Source: Utricularia gibba
Lineage: Eukaryota > Plantae > Magnoliophyta
Direction: 5' to 3'
NCBI GenBank assembly: GCA_002189035.1
Contig: NEEC01000004.1
Span: 1,116,001-1,180,000 of the forward strand
DNA: 64,000 nucleotides
Below, in pieces: positions 1-10,441 of the stretch (within the stretch, counting starts at the first letter, position 1; each line of letters opens with the position of its first letter). Position numbers and translations under genes: made by a program. The notes beneath the pieces were generated by a model, which saw only the letters and a program-made list of their open reading frames with translations, made no database searches and had not been told where the DNA came from.

Positions 1-92
1 TGTAAGCTTTGTTTGTCTGGGAACCAAGTCTAGCTTCGACTCCTTCTGCTTATTGTTTACATCTACTTGACATTGCAGCTACTCCGAAAGTC

Positions 93-1142
93 ATGGTTGG
101 AGACCGCCCCAAAGATTTCCATTTTCAGAAAGAAGAGATTGAGTTGTTCACGAACCTGGACGATGTCACCTGCCCCATCTGCTTGAACTTTCCTCACAAT
201 GCTGTCCTCCTGAAATGCACTTCCTATGCAAAGGGATGTCGGTTTTTCGTTTGCAATACAAGCCATTTGCATTCCAACTGTCTGGTACGCTTCATACAAG
301 AAAATGGGATGCCACATGCCTCTCAAGCCCTGAGCTCCACAGAGAATTTGAACTTTCCGGCCTCAGGATCTCAGATCAGGCCGGTGTGCCCGCTCTGCCG
401 AGGACTCGTTTGCGAGTTTGTTGTATCGGATTGGGTGCGCATGCTATTGGATGGCAAGATAAGATGCTGCGAAGAGGAGAAGTGTATATTCAGCGGCACT
501 TACACAGAGCTTCAAAAGCACTCGCAAGTTGAACATCCTCACGCTTGCCCTTCAAAAGTTGATCCAGCAAGGCAGCTTGATTGGGAAAACTTGCAGCAGT
601 CGTCGGCGGCAATCGATGTTTTGAGCACTATCCGATCATCGTTTCCGAATAGCGTGGTTTTTGGAGACTATGTTATAGAATACGGGGGAGAGAGCTCTGT
701 GGATGACTTTCCCAGAGATCATGGAAACTGGTGGAATTGCTGCGTACCTTGCCAGGTTTTTACCAGTTTCAGGAGACACAGAAACAGGAGAAGCTCAAGA
801 AACAGCAGCCAGTCACTCCCACCTTCCGGATCCGAGGAGACCGACGAGGATTTAGTCAATGCAGTGAGACTCGCTAGGCGGCGAGCCGAACAACGCAGGT
901 CAGGGGAAGGGGAAGCTGCATACCCGTCTGTTTCGTTCATTATAACTTTACCTCTTCCAATGAATTATCTGCCTGCAATTTCAGTCACCGGAGGCGCCGC
1001 CCCCGCCTCCGTTCCAGCTAGGCGAAAGATGAGATCAAATGCCCCGGAACAAAAAGGGCTGGCAGTGGCGGTGGGAAACCATAGAACCCCAAGGCCCTGG
1101 TTCAGTGGTTGTTGTGCTTCTCAACATTCATCAGCCTGCTAG
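93..1142 (+). CDS. DUF1644-family Cys/His-rich zinc-finger-like protein, intronless
   Basis: ATG at 93 in the 9..1142 ORF. Contains CPICLNFPHNAVLLKCTSY..GCR.FVCNTSHLHSNCL, CPLCRG, C.EEKC.FSGTY.EL.KH...EHPHACPS.VDP.RQ.DW..LQQ and FGDYVIE, which match plant DUF1644 proteins. The C-terminal ~60 aa are not recognisable, so the true 3' end is uncertain. Confidence 0.75.
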   Translation: MVGDRPKDFHFQKEEIELFTNLDDVTCPICLNFPHNAVLLKCTSYAKGCRFFVCNTSHLHSNCLVRFIQENGMPHASQALSSTENLNFPASGSQIRPVCPLCRGLVCEFVVSDWVRMLLDGKIRCCEEEKCIFSGTYTELQKHSQVEHPHACPSKVDPARQLDWENLQQSSAAIDVLSTIRSSFPNSVVFGDYVIEYGGESSVDDFPRDHGNWWNCCVPCQVFTSFRRHRNRRSSRNSSQSLPPSGSEETDEDLVNAVRLARRRAEQRRSGEGEAAYPSVSFIITLPLPMNYLPAISVTGGAAPASVPARRKMRSNAPEQKGLAVAVGNHRTPRPWFSGCCASQHSSAC

Positions 1143-1855
1143 TTATCTTGTTCATAGTTCTTTCTTGCAGAACCATTTGCTCTATTTGTTCCTCCAACCA
1201 ACTTCTAAATGATTTGCTTATAACAAACAAAATTGTATATATTGCATAGGCTGCTTTTCTTGAAAACAAGGAGATTCCAAAAATCACAATTTCAGGTAAT
1301 AATTTTAGGTTGTTATATCAAACCAACAAAAATGTTATTCATTAATTTAAATTTATCAAATGATCAATTTATTAAATTTTTTTATTTAAATTAAATGAAT
1401 AAAAATTTATCTCGTTTATAAATATGTAAATAAGTAAGTATATATTTATTTATATTTAAAATTAATTAAATATATATAATATATTTTACTAATTTAAATT
1501 TAAACACAAAAATATTATATATATATATATATGTATGGTTTGTTTTCTTATTATTCTGAAAATTCAATGAAGAAAACTGCAAAGACTAAATCGTGACTTA
1601 TTTTTTATTTTCATAAATAAAATATAATAATCAACAACAAAAGCAATCGAGGCTGTACAGACGGAGATGCCAAGGGCTATCCAAGACAAGAGAGAAGAAG
1701 ACAGAAAGACTTCGGCCCTTCTGCGGCTTGCACTTCAATGAATCTTGTACGGAAAACATTTTGAAAAAATAGCAAATCCACTGGAGAAAAGCAAATTGCA
1801 ACAGCTCCTCCGTCTATTATCATATTACACAATTAGCCCACGACCGCCCAAGTTC

Positions 1856-2986
1856 TCAAGAAGACTCAAATACGACGAGGTGAGGTGGCACCGCCGCGGC
1901 GCCATCATCGGAGATCTCCTGCATCGCCGGTTGTGTGTGGTGGTGCTCGCCTTCGTACGTCACGATCAGCATATTCGGATCGTCCATAGCCCGCTCCACG
2001 TGTTTCCTCGCTGGACACCCTCTCACGGTGCTGCACTTGTAGTATCCCCTGGAATGAGATCACGATAAGAGTTACGGCTGAGAAATCGAACCCGGAGCTA
2101 GACGAATCGAAGAGTTTACAGCAATTTTACCGTGGGTATGGGGATCCTTTGATGGGTTTCTGTCCGTACTTTCTCCACGAGTATTCATCCGGTGGGATGT
2201 CGGCGATTTTTGGGCTGATTGCCGGAACTCTGATACTCCGTTTCACCCTCGATTTTCTGTTCCACAAAAGGAAATCTCAAATCAGCGATCTGCTTGCGGA
2301 TTGGGATAAACAGAAAGTCAAAGGAGAAATTGACGGGACACTGACCTCTTTTTGCAGTGACATTTTGAGGCGTTGGAATTTTTACCGGAGATATCATCCG
2401 AGAATTCGTGCTCACGACATCTCTTATAGCCGGAGCCGTTGCCGTTTCCGGAGAGAGGAGATTTCCCGACGGGTGTTAGAAATGCGGTGTCCTTCCCATT
2501 AGAAACGCTCCCTTCGCCGGTAATAGATGAAACGAACGTCGATGAGGAGTTACCAGACGTAGAAACAGCCGTCGACAAAGTAAACAACTCTTTGGCCGTC
2601 CCCACATCTTTCCTAAACAAAGCCCCAGCCCCCGGTTTCGTAAAATCGAGAGTCAACGGCTGCGCGGCCGATAGAGAAAATAAACCCATCGGAGCAGTAG
2701 GAGGAGGCTGAGGAACAGGATTATGCACCATCGCAGCCGCCGACACCGCCGCCCGGTGTTGAACCGGCCCGCGGCGGAACCGCGCGTGACCGGCCCGGTC
2801 AAGAATCGAGATCACTTTCTTGAACTTCGAAACCGTAAAATCCGTAACCTCTCTGCAATCCACATGCCGATTCTGTTGAGAAACCGTCGTAATCAGATGC
2901 TCCATCGATTTCAATCCTGCCGTCGCCGCCTCCTGAATCGCCATCTGCTCACTCCGATTCGCGTAGCCCAGCAACTCCACCGCCAT
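1856..2986 (-). CDS. WRKY11: Group IId WRKY transcription factor (WRKY11/17-like), 3 exons: 2986-2346, 2256-2131, 2048-1856
   Basis: N-terminus MAVELL...[15 protein letters not shown], calmodulin-binding C-motif [23 protein letters not shown] and HCKKR. Spliced exons give [37 protein letters not shown]...YEGEH.H. GT-AG junctions are in frame. Confidence 0.93.
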
Positions 2987-3099
2987 ATCTTCCAACTCCG
3001 AATCTCTCTCTTTCTCCTCCTATTTGAAACTCATCTCAGTCCAAGGATCCCAATGGCGATTCGTGTGTGAACTTGAGGAAGAAGAAGCGAGAAAAGGGG

Positions 3100-3170
3100 G
3101 AATTTTATTTATGGAGACGCGGTTATGGCTGACCGGACGGGCAGGTGACCGGGAACACGAGTCAATGTTG
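3100..3170 (-). promoter_or_regulatory. Stress-type cis-elements upstream of WRKY: CAMTA-type CCGCGT and a W-box
   Basis: ACGCGG at 3117-3122 (CCGCGT on the minus strand) and AGTCAA at 3160-3165 (W-box TTGACT), 130-180 bp upstream of the ATG. Short motif matches only. Confidence 0.35.
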
Positions 3171-6100
3171 AGGTCTAAATCCAACGGCTGAGATCTCACG
3201 ATTAATATAGTTGTTGAAAAGGACAACTTACGGGCTCCGTGTTTCTGCTTCATAAGACGGGAGTCTTCGCCAAGGTGTTGGGGCCTAGTTGACATTTTCA
3301 AGAAATAGGGATGGCGCTCCTAATAATTTAGCCGGAAATGGTAAAGGGGGGGGGGGGTCTTTTAGTAATACATAGTTTCTTGGGGGTGGAATTGTGATTT
3401 CGAGTAAGTGTACAGTGATTGAAGCGACCTCATTGAAAATTTGAGTGGACTCGAGGTATTTGCAGAAATTCAGTTCCCAACTTTTTAATTTATGTGCAAT
3501 ATAAAAAAAGATAATTAGCTTAGAAATCATTTTATTTTTTCAAAAAAACTCTATATATTTTTTGTCCATACAAACTAAAACACAAAACCTCTCTTTATTT
3601 CCAAAATTAATCATTCTCATAATATCCAAGAATTTTTTTTAAAAAAATAAAAATAAAATACAATAAATATATTTGCCAATTATGAGTTATTCTCTATTAT
3701 TTCATTTTATTCATATGTAGTTCTTATTCTTCTTTATTTTATTTCATTTATTGCTCACATAGATTGGTACGATGAAGGTTGAGACTCTAAAAATACACTT
3801 ATGCTAATCTTCAAAGGATACTCATGTGACAAGTAGATATAAATGTTGCTATATCTATCTTTTCATTTGGCTTATCATTAATTTAAGTATCTTTCATTTC
3901 TTATTTTACTCACTTGAATTCTAATTGTTTTAATTTAATAGTTTTTAACAGATAGATTTTTGTTTTAAATTAGCATGCATGTGTACCCCGAGGGCTGACT
4001 GGAAAAACGTGACAGGTCACATGGGAAATGGTTGACCATCATTGTCTCACGTCCCCGCCCTTTTAATTATCTGTAGACCGTAATCTACTCATAATCGTTA
4101 GATCGGTCCAACCGGGGAATGGACGGCCAGGATTGGCTTATGAAAGACTTCGGTACAAACCCACTCTTGCACGTTATCACGGCTGCTGGGTCTCCTCCCT
4201 CCATTGTATATTTTCATTCTTTTTTCGAAAAAAAATATTGTTTGAAAATTAATTTAATTGAATATATATAATTTCTCAAAAATATTATGCGTATTTTTTT
4301 AAAAAGAAATCATTCATAATTAATAATAATAATTATTATTAAGTAATTAATCACTACACACGTCTCAAATGATCTCATCGACATTAGATCATTAATTGCC
4401 GATTGTTTTTGGAGACCCTTTGGAAAATTGCACATTATTTTTTCATAATTCCACTACTCATTTTCAATTCATTTGACAAATTAATTACATCAGAGTTGAA
4501 TAATAAAAAATAAAAGAAAATGGGAAGGCATGCATTATCACCATATTTAGTCAATTATCGTGAAATCACAAAGTCTGTGGAGTTTAATTGTCCAACATTT
4601 ACTTTTTTTAACAAAATAAATTAATTCTGCACCCAAAAGTCAACAAAAAGAAAAGAAAAAATAATTAGATTAACTATTGCAAATTGTAGTTCTTAAGTTT
4701 TGGTAGAGGGTGTCATTATTGAAAAATTTATCTAATTAGAGTGGGGGCCATGGACAGTAATTTAAGATTAATTGCATGTTAGACCACATAATTATGGATT
4801 CTCGAAAGAAAGCCCCGTGGCGAAAAGGTAAATGCCACTTTAAGTCAACACACATCATTTTTAGTAATGCATTGTGTCCTAGGGGTTTTATGGAGGCGAG
4901 ATATCAAATTTCATGGTATAAGTAAATAAATAATTAGTTAAAGGTTAATGATTCCTCAACTATGTTATTTGAGAATGTTTCAAGTGGAAGTAACTAAATA
5001 TAAATTATCATTAAACAAAATTTAGATATTATAAAACGAATAATATTATTATAATCAAATAAAATATAAGTTATTAGAATTGTTATATTCAAATAGATTT
5101 AATGTTTCAAGGGGACTAATAATGTTTATGATCGTGTTAATTGTCAAGTAATAAATTACTCCCATGTGGATTAAGGAACGAGGGTAAAAATGACATTAAA
5201 AAATCTTTATTTCACACATGAAAATAAAAAATATTATATTTGATTAATTTTTTTACACACATATAAGAAGGTGTCGAAATTTTTAAATTATCCAGAAAAA
5301 AACTCACTCTATGGCAATTAGCATGTACGTACGTGTTTCATCTGGGCCATGAAGAGAAGAGAAGAGAAGAGAGGCGAATTCCTAAACTGCAGGCTGCGGC
5401 CCAACCGTTCAGCCATGGGGCGGGATCAGCTCGAGTTTGGCGGGGCTTCCGAATTTGCTTTTCTGTCACGGTAGGATCGGAAATGTTTGCAGTTTTGCTC
5501 ACTTGGACGTATTTCTTCAGCGTGATTTCATATGACGATGCTATGGAGTTCTAAAGTTTTTTAGGTTGCGTTCATGCCATGCTTATTTCAACGGCGAGGC
5601 AATTCTGGGAGACGGCGGAGTCGTAAGTTTTCATTGATGATGCAAAATAGTGATCAATTGTATTTCCTGGTTCTTTTTACCTCAAGGCATGAATGAGCGT
5701 TGGCTGGATCGTAATGAAGTAGGCGACGTTACGTGTGTGAAACAGGTAGTGTTCAGCGTGCTGTTCTGTCATTTAGGCTTACTCTGTTATGAATTCTCTG
5801 GGTTTGCAAGGTAGAACACCTGCGTTTCCAAGATGGGCAAAATAGTTCTATGTTGAAGCCATTAGAGTCGAATAAAAGCTTCTTTATCTGCAGTCTGTAA
5901 AACGAGGTATGGAAGGCTTGATGCTTGCGGGTCTTTCAGTTTACATTCTTTGTGCTTCCAATGTGTGTAGGGTGCATTGGGTAACTTGATTTGTATGTGA
6001 TTCGGTGTACTTCAACTATGGGGCAGTAGCAATCTCAGGTTACTCCATGAACGAATTTAGGTATCGGCTTATAGAATCATTGCCATTCTTTTCATTTAGT

Positions 6101-6348
6101 CTCCATGAATGAATCCTCTGGTTTCTGTTAGTCTCCAGTGGCATCAATAGAAAAATATGACAGACAACATTGTAAGAAGACTTTTCAAGGACGCATACTT
6201 GAGCTGCATTCTTGGTTGGCATTATCTGCTACAGCTACATGCAGTGTTGCAAGGTAAAAGAATAGACCCGACTCTAGTAAAAGAAGTGTGTTGAAGCTTT
6301 TATCTATCAAACTAGAGCTAAACTGGGTGTTTTCTTTCATCTTCTGCT

Positions 6349-7317
6349 TCAGCTTCGAAAGGCCTTTTCAGGAATGGAAGATGGCATCCCCTTCAGTGCA
6401 ATCACCAATGTCCTGTCCATGTCTGACCAGGTAAGGTCCCTTGGGCTATTGAACAAGCAGCTATGCAATGTCATTACACATTCCTTCAAATCAAGTGCGC
6501 CATAGCCAGTGTAATACTCGAGAGTTGCTGTCCAGGGCCTGACCAATGGCATTAGCATGTATTTGGCCAAGAAAACACAAGCTGCAGCTACCATGGATGG
6601 CCAATAGCGGAGTATTTCGAATACAGTCAGCGAGACCTCGGCAATATATGTTGCAGTTGGGTATATCCCTTCCAGAATGCACATTCCTCCATACTCCGCA
6701 GCATGAATGTATCTCATCAAGAACGTCCATGTCGTCGGCGCTGAGAAACTGTAGTTTATAGAGACGCAAACCTCCATTTCCATGGCAATAACCTCCCTCG
6801 CAGACGCATCAAAGTAGGTTCTCTTCAGAAAGTAGTCAATGATACCATTCTGTGAACGAGCATATTCAGACTTGAAGGCCAAGATCAAGCAAGTAAGCCC
6901 CGCCAGGTATAGTTTCTTGTCACCAACATTTTCATTCACAAGTAGATACTTATCCAAATTCGCCACTGTCAAATGAATGACTTCTCCAGGTGCCTTGCAG
7001 GAAGCTGCCACACGAAGAAGCCAACCAATGCAAGTGCTGCGCCTTGCTGCATTATCATCTGATTCCGGCCACACCCTTCGCTCCATTTCCCCACGATTCC
7101 GGAAGGATTTGTCGATGAAATCATCTGCCCCCTCAAGCTCCTCTGTGTGGACATGGTCGATATCGATCACCACTGCCCCAAAGATATCTTTGAAAAGAAA
7201 AGCCGGTGAACCAGGGTCTTCCTTCCTCTCCAGAAACGAATCCCTCCGCTCCGAATGACGACGAGTACTCAGCATGGTCGGAGGGAACACGAACAAACTC
7301 TCGCTGTTATCAGCCAT
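6349..7317 (-). CDS. Divergent A-type (CYCA3-like) cyclin, intronless, 322 aa; probable retrogene
   Basis: Single ORF with both cyclin folds: R..C.GWLLRVA....IHLTVANLDKYL, L.GLTCL.LA.K.E, ..MEMEV...NY.F..PT..TFL.R, YIAEVSL...PSMVAAACVFLAK...PWT.TLEYYTGY...DLKECV..LH. ATG at 7317; minus-strand TATATAAA at 7393-7400. Confidence 0.85.
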   Translation of the reverse strand: MADNSESLFVFPPTMLSTRRHSERRDSFLERKEDPGSPAFLFKDIFGAVVIDIDHVHTEELEGADDFIDKSFRNRGEMERRVWPESDDNAARRSTCIGWLLRVAASCKAPGEVIHLTVANLDKYLLVNENVGDKKLYLAGLTCLILAFKSEYARSQNGIIDYFLKRTYFDASAREVIAMEMEVCVSINYSFSAPTTWTFLMRYIHAAEYGGMCILEGIYPTATYIAEVSLTVFEILRYWPSMVAAACVFLAKYMLMPLVRPWTATLEYYTGYGALDLKECVMTLHSCLFNSPRDLTWSDMDRTLVIALKGMPSSIPEKAFRS

Positions 7318-7878
7318 TCTCAGGGACACCCTGAACCCGGGGAACTTCAAAGACGAAAGCTTGATGAGGCTGATGATGCTACTCGTGAATGGTTTATATA
7401 GAGACAACGCCAGGGAGATAGAAATTCGGATCTCTAGTCAAGAAAAGATTCAGGTATCCTTCTTTTTTATGGAAACGTTGATCTCCTGGCGGTTATTTAC
7501 GTTTTATGGAAAGCCCGCCAGATCTTTATCTTAGTTAAACCGAATAAATGAATCTCATGGTGTATCTATGGATATTGTCTTATCATTGATTTACTAATTA
7601 TGTAACTATTATATTAAATATGGCAAATACAATCTTGGAATGTGTAAGAAAAAAATGAAATAAAATTAAGAATTTTTAAAGTATACGTGGAGATCATTGA
7701 TTGGTGTAATATTTAGTAATATTATTTAGGGGACGAAATTAGTTGTCAACCACCCCCCCTTCTCGGGATTCAATCCTTGACTGGTTCGAGGTTTGGTCTC
7801 CCCCTGCTCCTGGTATTCTCCCAGTCGCCTTCGCCTTTGCTTCTTTGGTTCTATTTCCCCAACGGAGGGGTGCCGCTT

Positions 7879-8582
7879 ATGGACCTGCCGCAGCCGCAGA
7901 CCACGACGGAGCACATCGAAGACGAGTCTTCTTCTGCCGTTTCGGCGGCGGCATTACCACCTTCTACGGAGCCGCAGTCTCCGTCTACTGGTTTCATGGG
8001 GAGGCATCGATTGACTGCGGCCATCTCTCGCCTCAATCAGCAAATCCAGGAGCTTCAGGTTTTCCGTTTCCTTCCTCGATCTATTCTGCTTCCCGCTGGT
8101 GGATTTACGGATTTTGGTTTGATGTGAGGTGGAGTTCGATTTTGTAGTTTAATTTTGGCTTCGTTTTGACAAGTAGAAAGAGCTGGATGGGCTTGAGAGT
8201 ATTGATGGGGTTTCTGTGGTTTGTGAAGAGTAAGATCTCTGTTTCATGCACTTTGTAGTCGTAACCACAGTTCAAACGCAAGGTTTTCATTTCATAGAAA
8301 CGCAGGCTAATTTCAACTGTGGAATCAGTACCAGATGCATTGCTCCCTGTGTAAGTCATGTTCTTGAATTCACCTTCATACCTTAGGGGAATCAATGACT
8401 AGAAATACAGTTTAACCATCGATTCGATTTCGAACCAGCTTTTTGGAAGCATTGATATATATAGCGAAAGAGCTCACCGCTTTGATATGTTTGGTGTATG
8501 CAGAACCAAAGGGCCAAGTGGGGTTGGATGGGACAAGTGGTTCCAAGGAGCGCAGACCTCCAAGTGGATGCGATGGAGATGA
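7879..8582 (+). CDS. Heterotrimeric G-protein gamma subunit, type B (no CaaX), 4 exons: 7879-8058, 8177-8229, 8306-8350, 8504-8582
   Basis: Spliced product ...GFMGRHRLTAAISRLNQQIQELQ/KELDGLESIDGVSVVCEE/LISTVESVPDALLPV/TKGPSGVGWDKWFQGAQTSKWMRWR*. Plant G-gamma GGL domain with the usual four-exon layout; all junctions GT-AG and in frame. Confidence 0.9.
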
Positions 8583-10441
8583 AAAAAGCCCACCTCTTTG
8601 GACTTCTAAAGAGTTCGTTCATCTTTTTCTTGCACAAATTTCGTTCCCATATTCCTGAATTTGAAGTACACGGTGTGTTGTTCGGCATGAACCTTGGAAT
8701 ATTCTGTATCAGATAAGGAAATGACAAGTTGCAGTTTTGCATCCATCCACGCAAGCCTCTGGCTTTCCTCTACGCCCAAATCCTTCCCATTACACACTTT
8801 TCATCATCTGTAAGGTGTATCACCAGTGGCACCTTGAAATGCATCTTGCAGGTATCTAGAATCACAGAATCCGTGTTAAGGAACATATGTAGTTCTGCAA
8901 GTGCAGTTACTTGGTAAACATGACTGGCACAAGATAGCCCAGATGCAAGGCTTCAGTAGATGTACCCTCTCTGGTGTAAAGGTAAAACCTTCCACCCCTC
9001 TCGCACGCAGTCAAGAATGTAGTTGAAGTCCCGGTGGGAGAAGAGGCACGGCGGAGGAGCGCCTCATCGAGACGCCGGCATCCAGACTTGCCTATGAGCT
9101 TGCTGTAGGCAATGGTATACCTTTTTTCAGTCGCCACTTCCCATGGCGTCGCGATTTCAGGACATCCCTCAAATGAGAGGGAAGCGGAGGAACGAATCTA
9201 ACCATGGACTCGATGTGCAAAGAGGAAAAGTCTAGGGCCTCTTTCGAATTACCATAAATTATTTTTTTTTAATAATTTTTATTTGGAATATATAAAATAC
9301 GTATACTTTTTTTGAGATATTTTAACAAATATTTACCGAAATTTATGTTACGAAAATAAGCAATACAACGTAAGATTCAGAAAACAGTGGTACGAACGCT
9401 GTCGGACGAACAGGGTGTCTGGCTTGCTCCCACGTGTCCTCTCGAGGCAGAGCCGCGTAGCCCCTACAATAGACCAGAGTAGACTAGCCAGTAGCCCCCT
9501 TGGCTCTGGAGTCTGGACCTCTTCTTCTCTTCCGCTGTAATCTTTCTTTTTTTGCTTTTTCTACTGTTCAGTGTAATGGTGTACTGCTGCGTATGCAAAT
9601 AATGCAACTGCATAAATACACGATTACTGGAGAGGAAAGAGAAAATGGGAAACAGGGGACCTCAAATTTTTTGGTTGCTTTACTTTTTTACACATCAAGG
9701 CTCGATTTCGCTGTCCCTTCTTCTCTTTCTTTCTTAAGCTCAAATACAAATTGCACGGATCGAATCACCGCTACCCTCAGGTGCATTTTTGTTTTTCTGG
9801 GTTTTTTCACTCATCTGAGTTCTTGAGGTTTCGTCAGGCTGCATTTTATTTGGATGCTGATTTGATTTGGGAATGTAGATGTTGGGGAATAGTGTTGTAT
9901 TCTTTGTTTAAAGAAAGATTTTAGTGTTTTTCTGGGTAAGGCAGGAGAGTGAGCGGCCTCTTTCGGTTAGGAATGCGCCAATAAGGCTGTTGTCAGCTTC
10001 ACTTTTCTTTTTCTGAACTTTCGTCGTTTATTTCCTTTCAAGAACAATTTTTTTATTGCTGTTGTCTAATTTTTACCAGCGGTTTTGATGTGGCGTCCTC
10101 CTCTTGTTGCCTGCCGTCTCTTGGGAAATTGGTCTTTTCATATGTTTGATTACTTATTTTGTCTTTGCACATGCTTCTGTTATTTCTTTATCACTACCAT
10201 ATATTTAGCTTGTCTGGAGTGCAGGGATTTTTTATAAAATATTTATTTGTCACATGGCAAGTTGGTGCTAAATTTTCTTCCAGTTTTCCTGGAATACATT
10301 TGATTTACTGACTATTGGTTGGTTACTAAATATTGGGAGCTAACTCTCTGCATCTTCTCCAGGAATCCTGTTTTCCCACGTACCATGAGATGAAGTAGGA
10401 GATTCGGAGTCTGATGATTCGTGTCTCGTTTATATTGCTTA

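Noticed and set aside
3346-3357. G12 run upstream of WRKY as a G-quadruplex regulator
   Set aside because: A single homopolymer of uncertain length in an assembly that appears to have homopolymer errors; no further support.
5630-5720. Possible box C/D snoRNA (TGATGA near 5635)
   Set aside because: No properly spaced CTGA D box or terminal stem, and no rRNA-complementary guide recognised.
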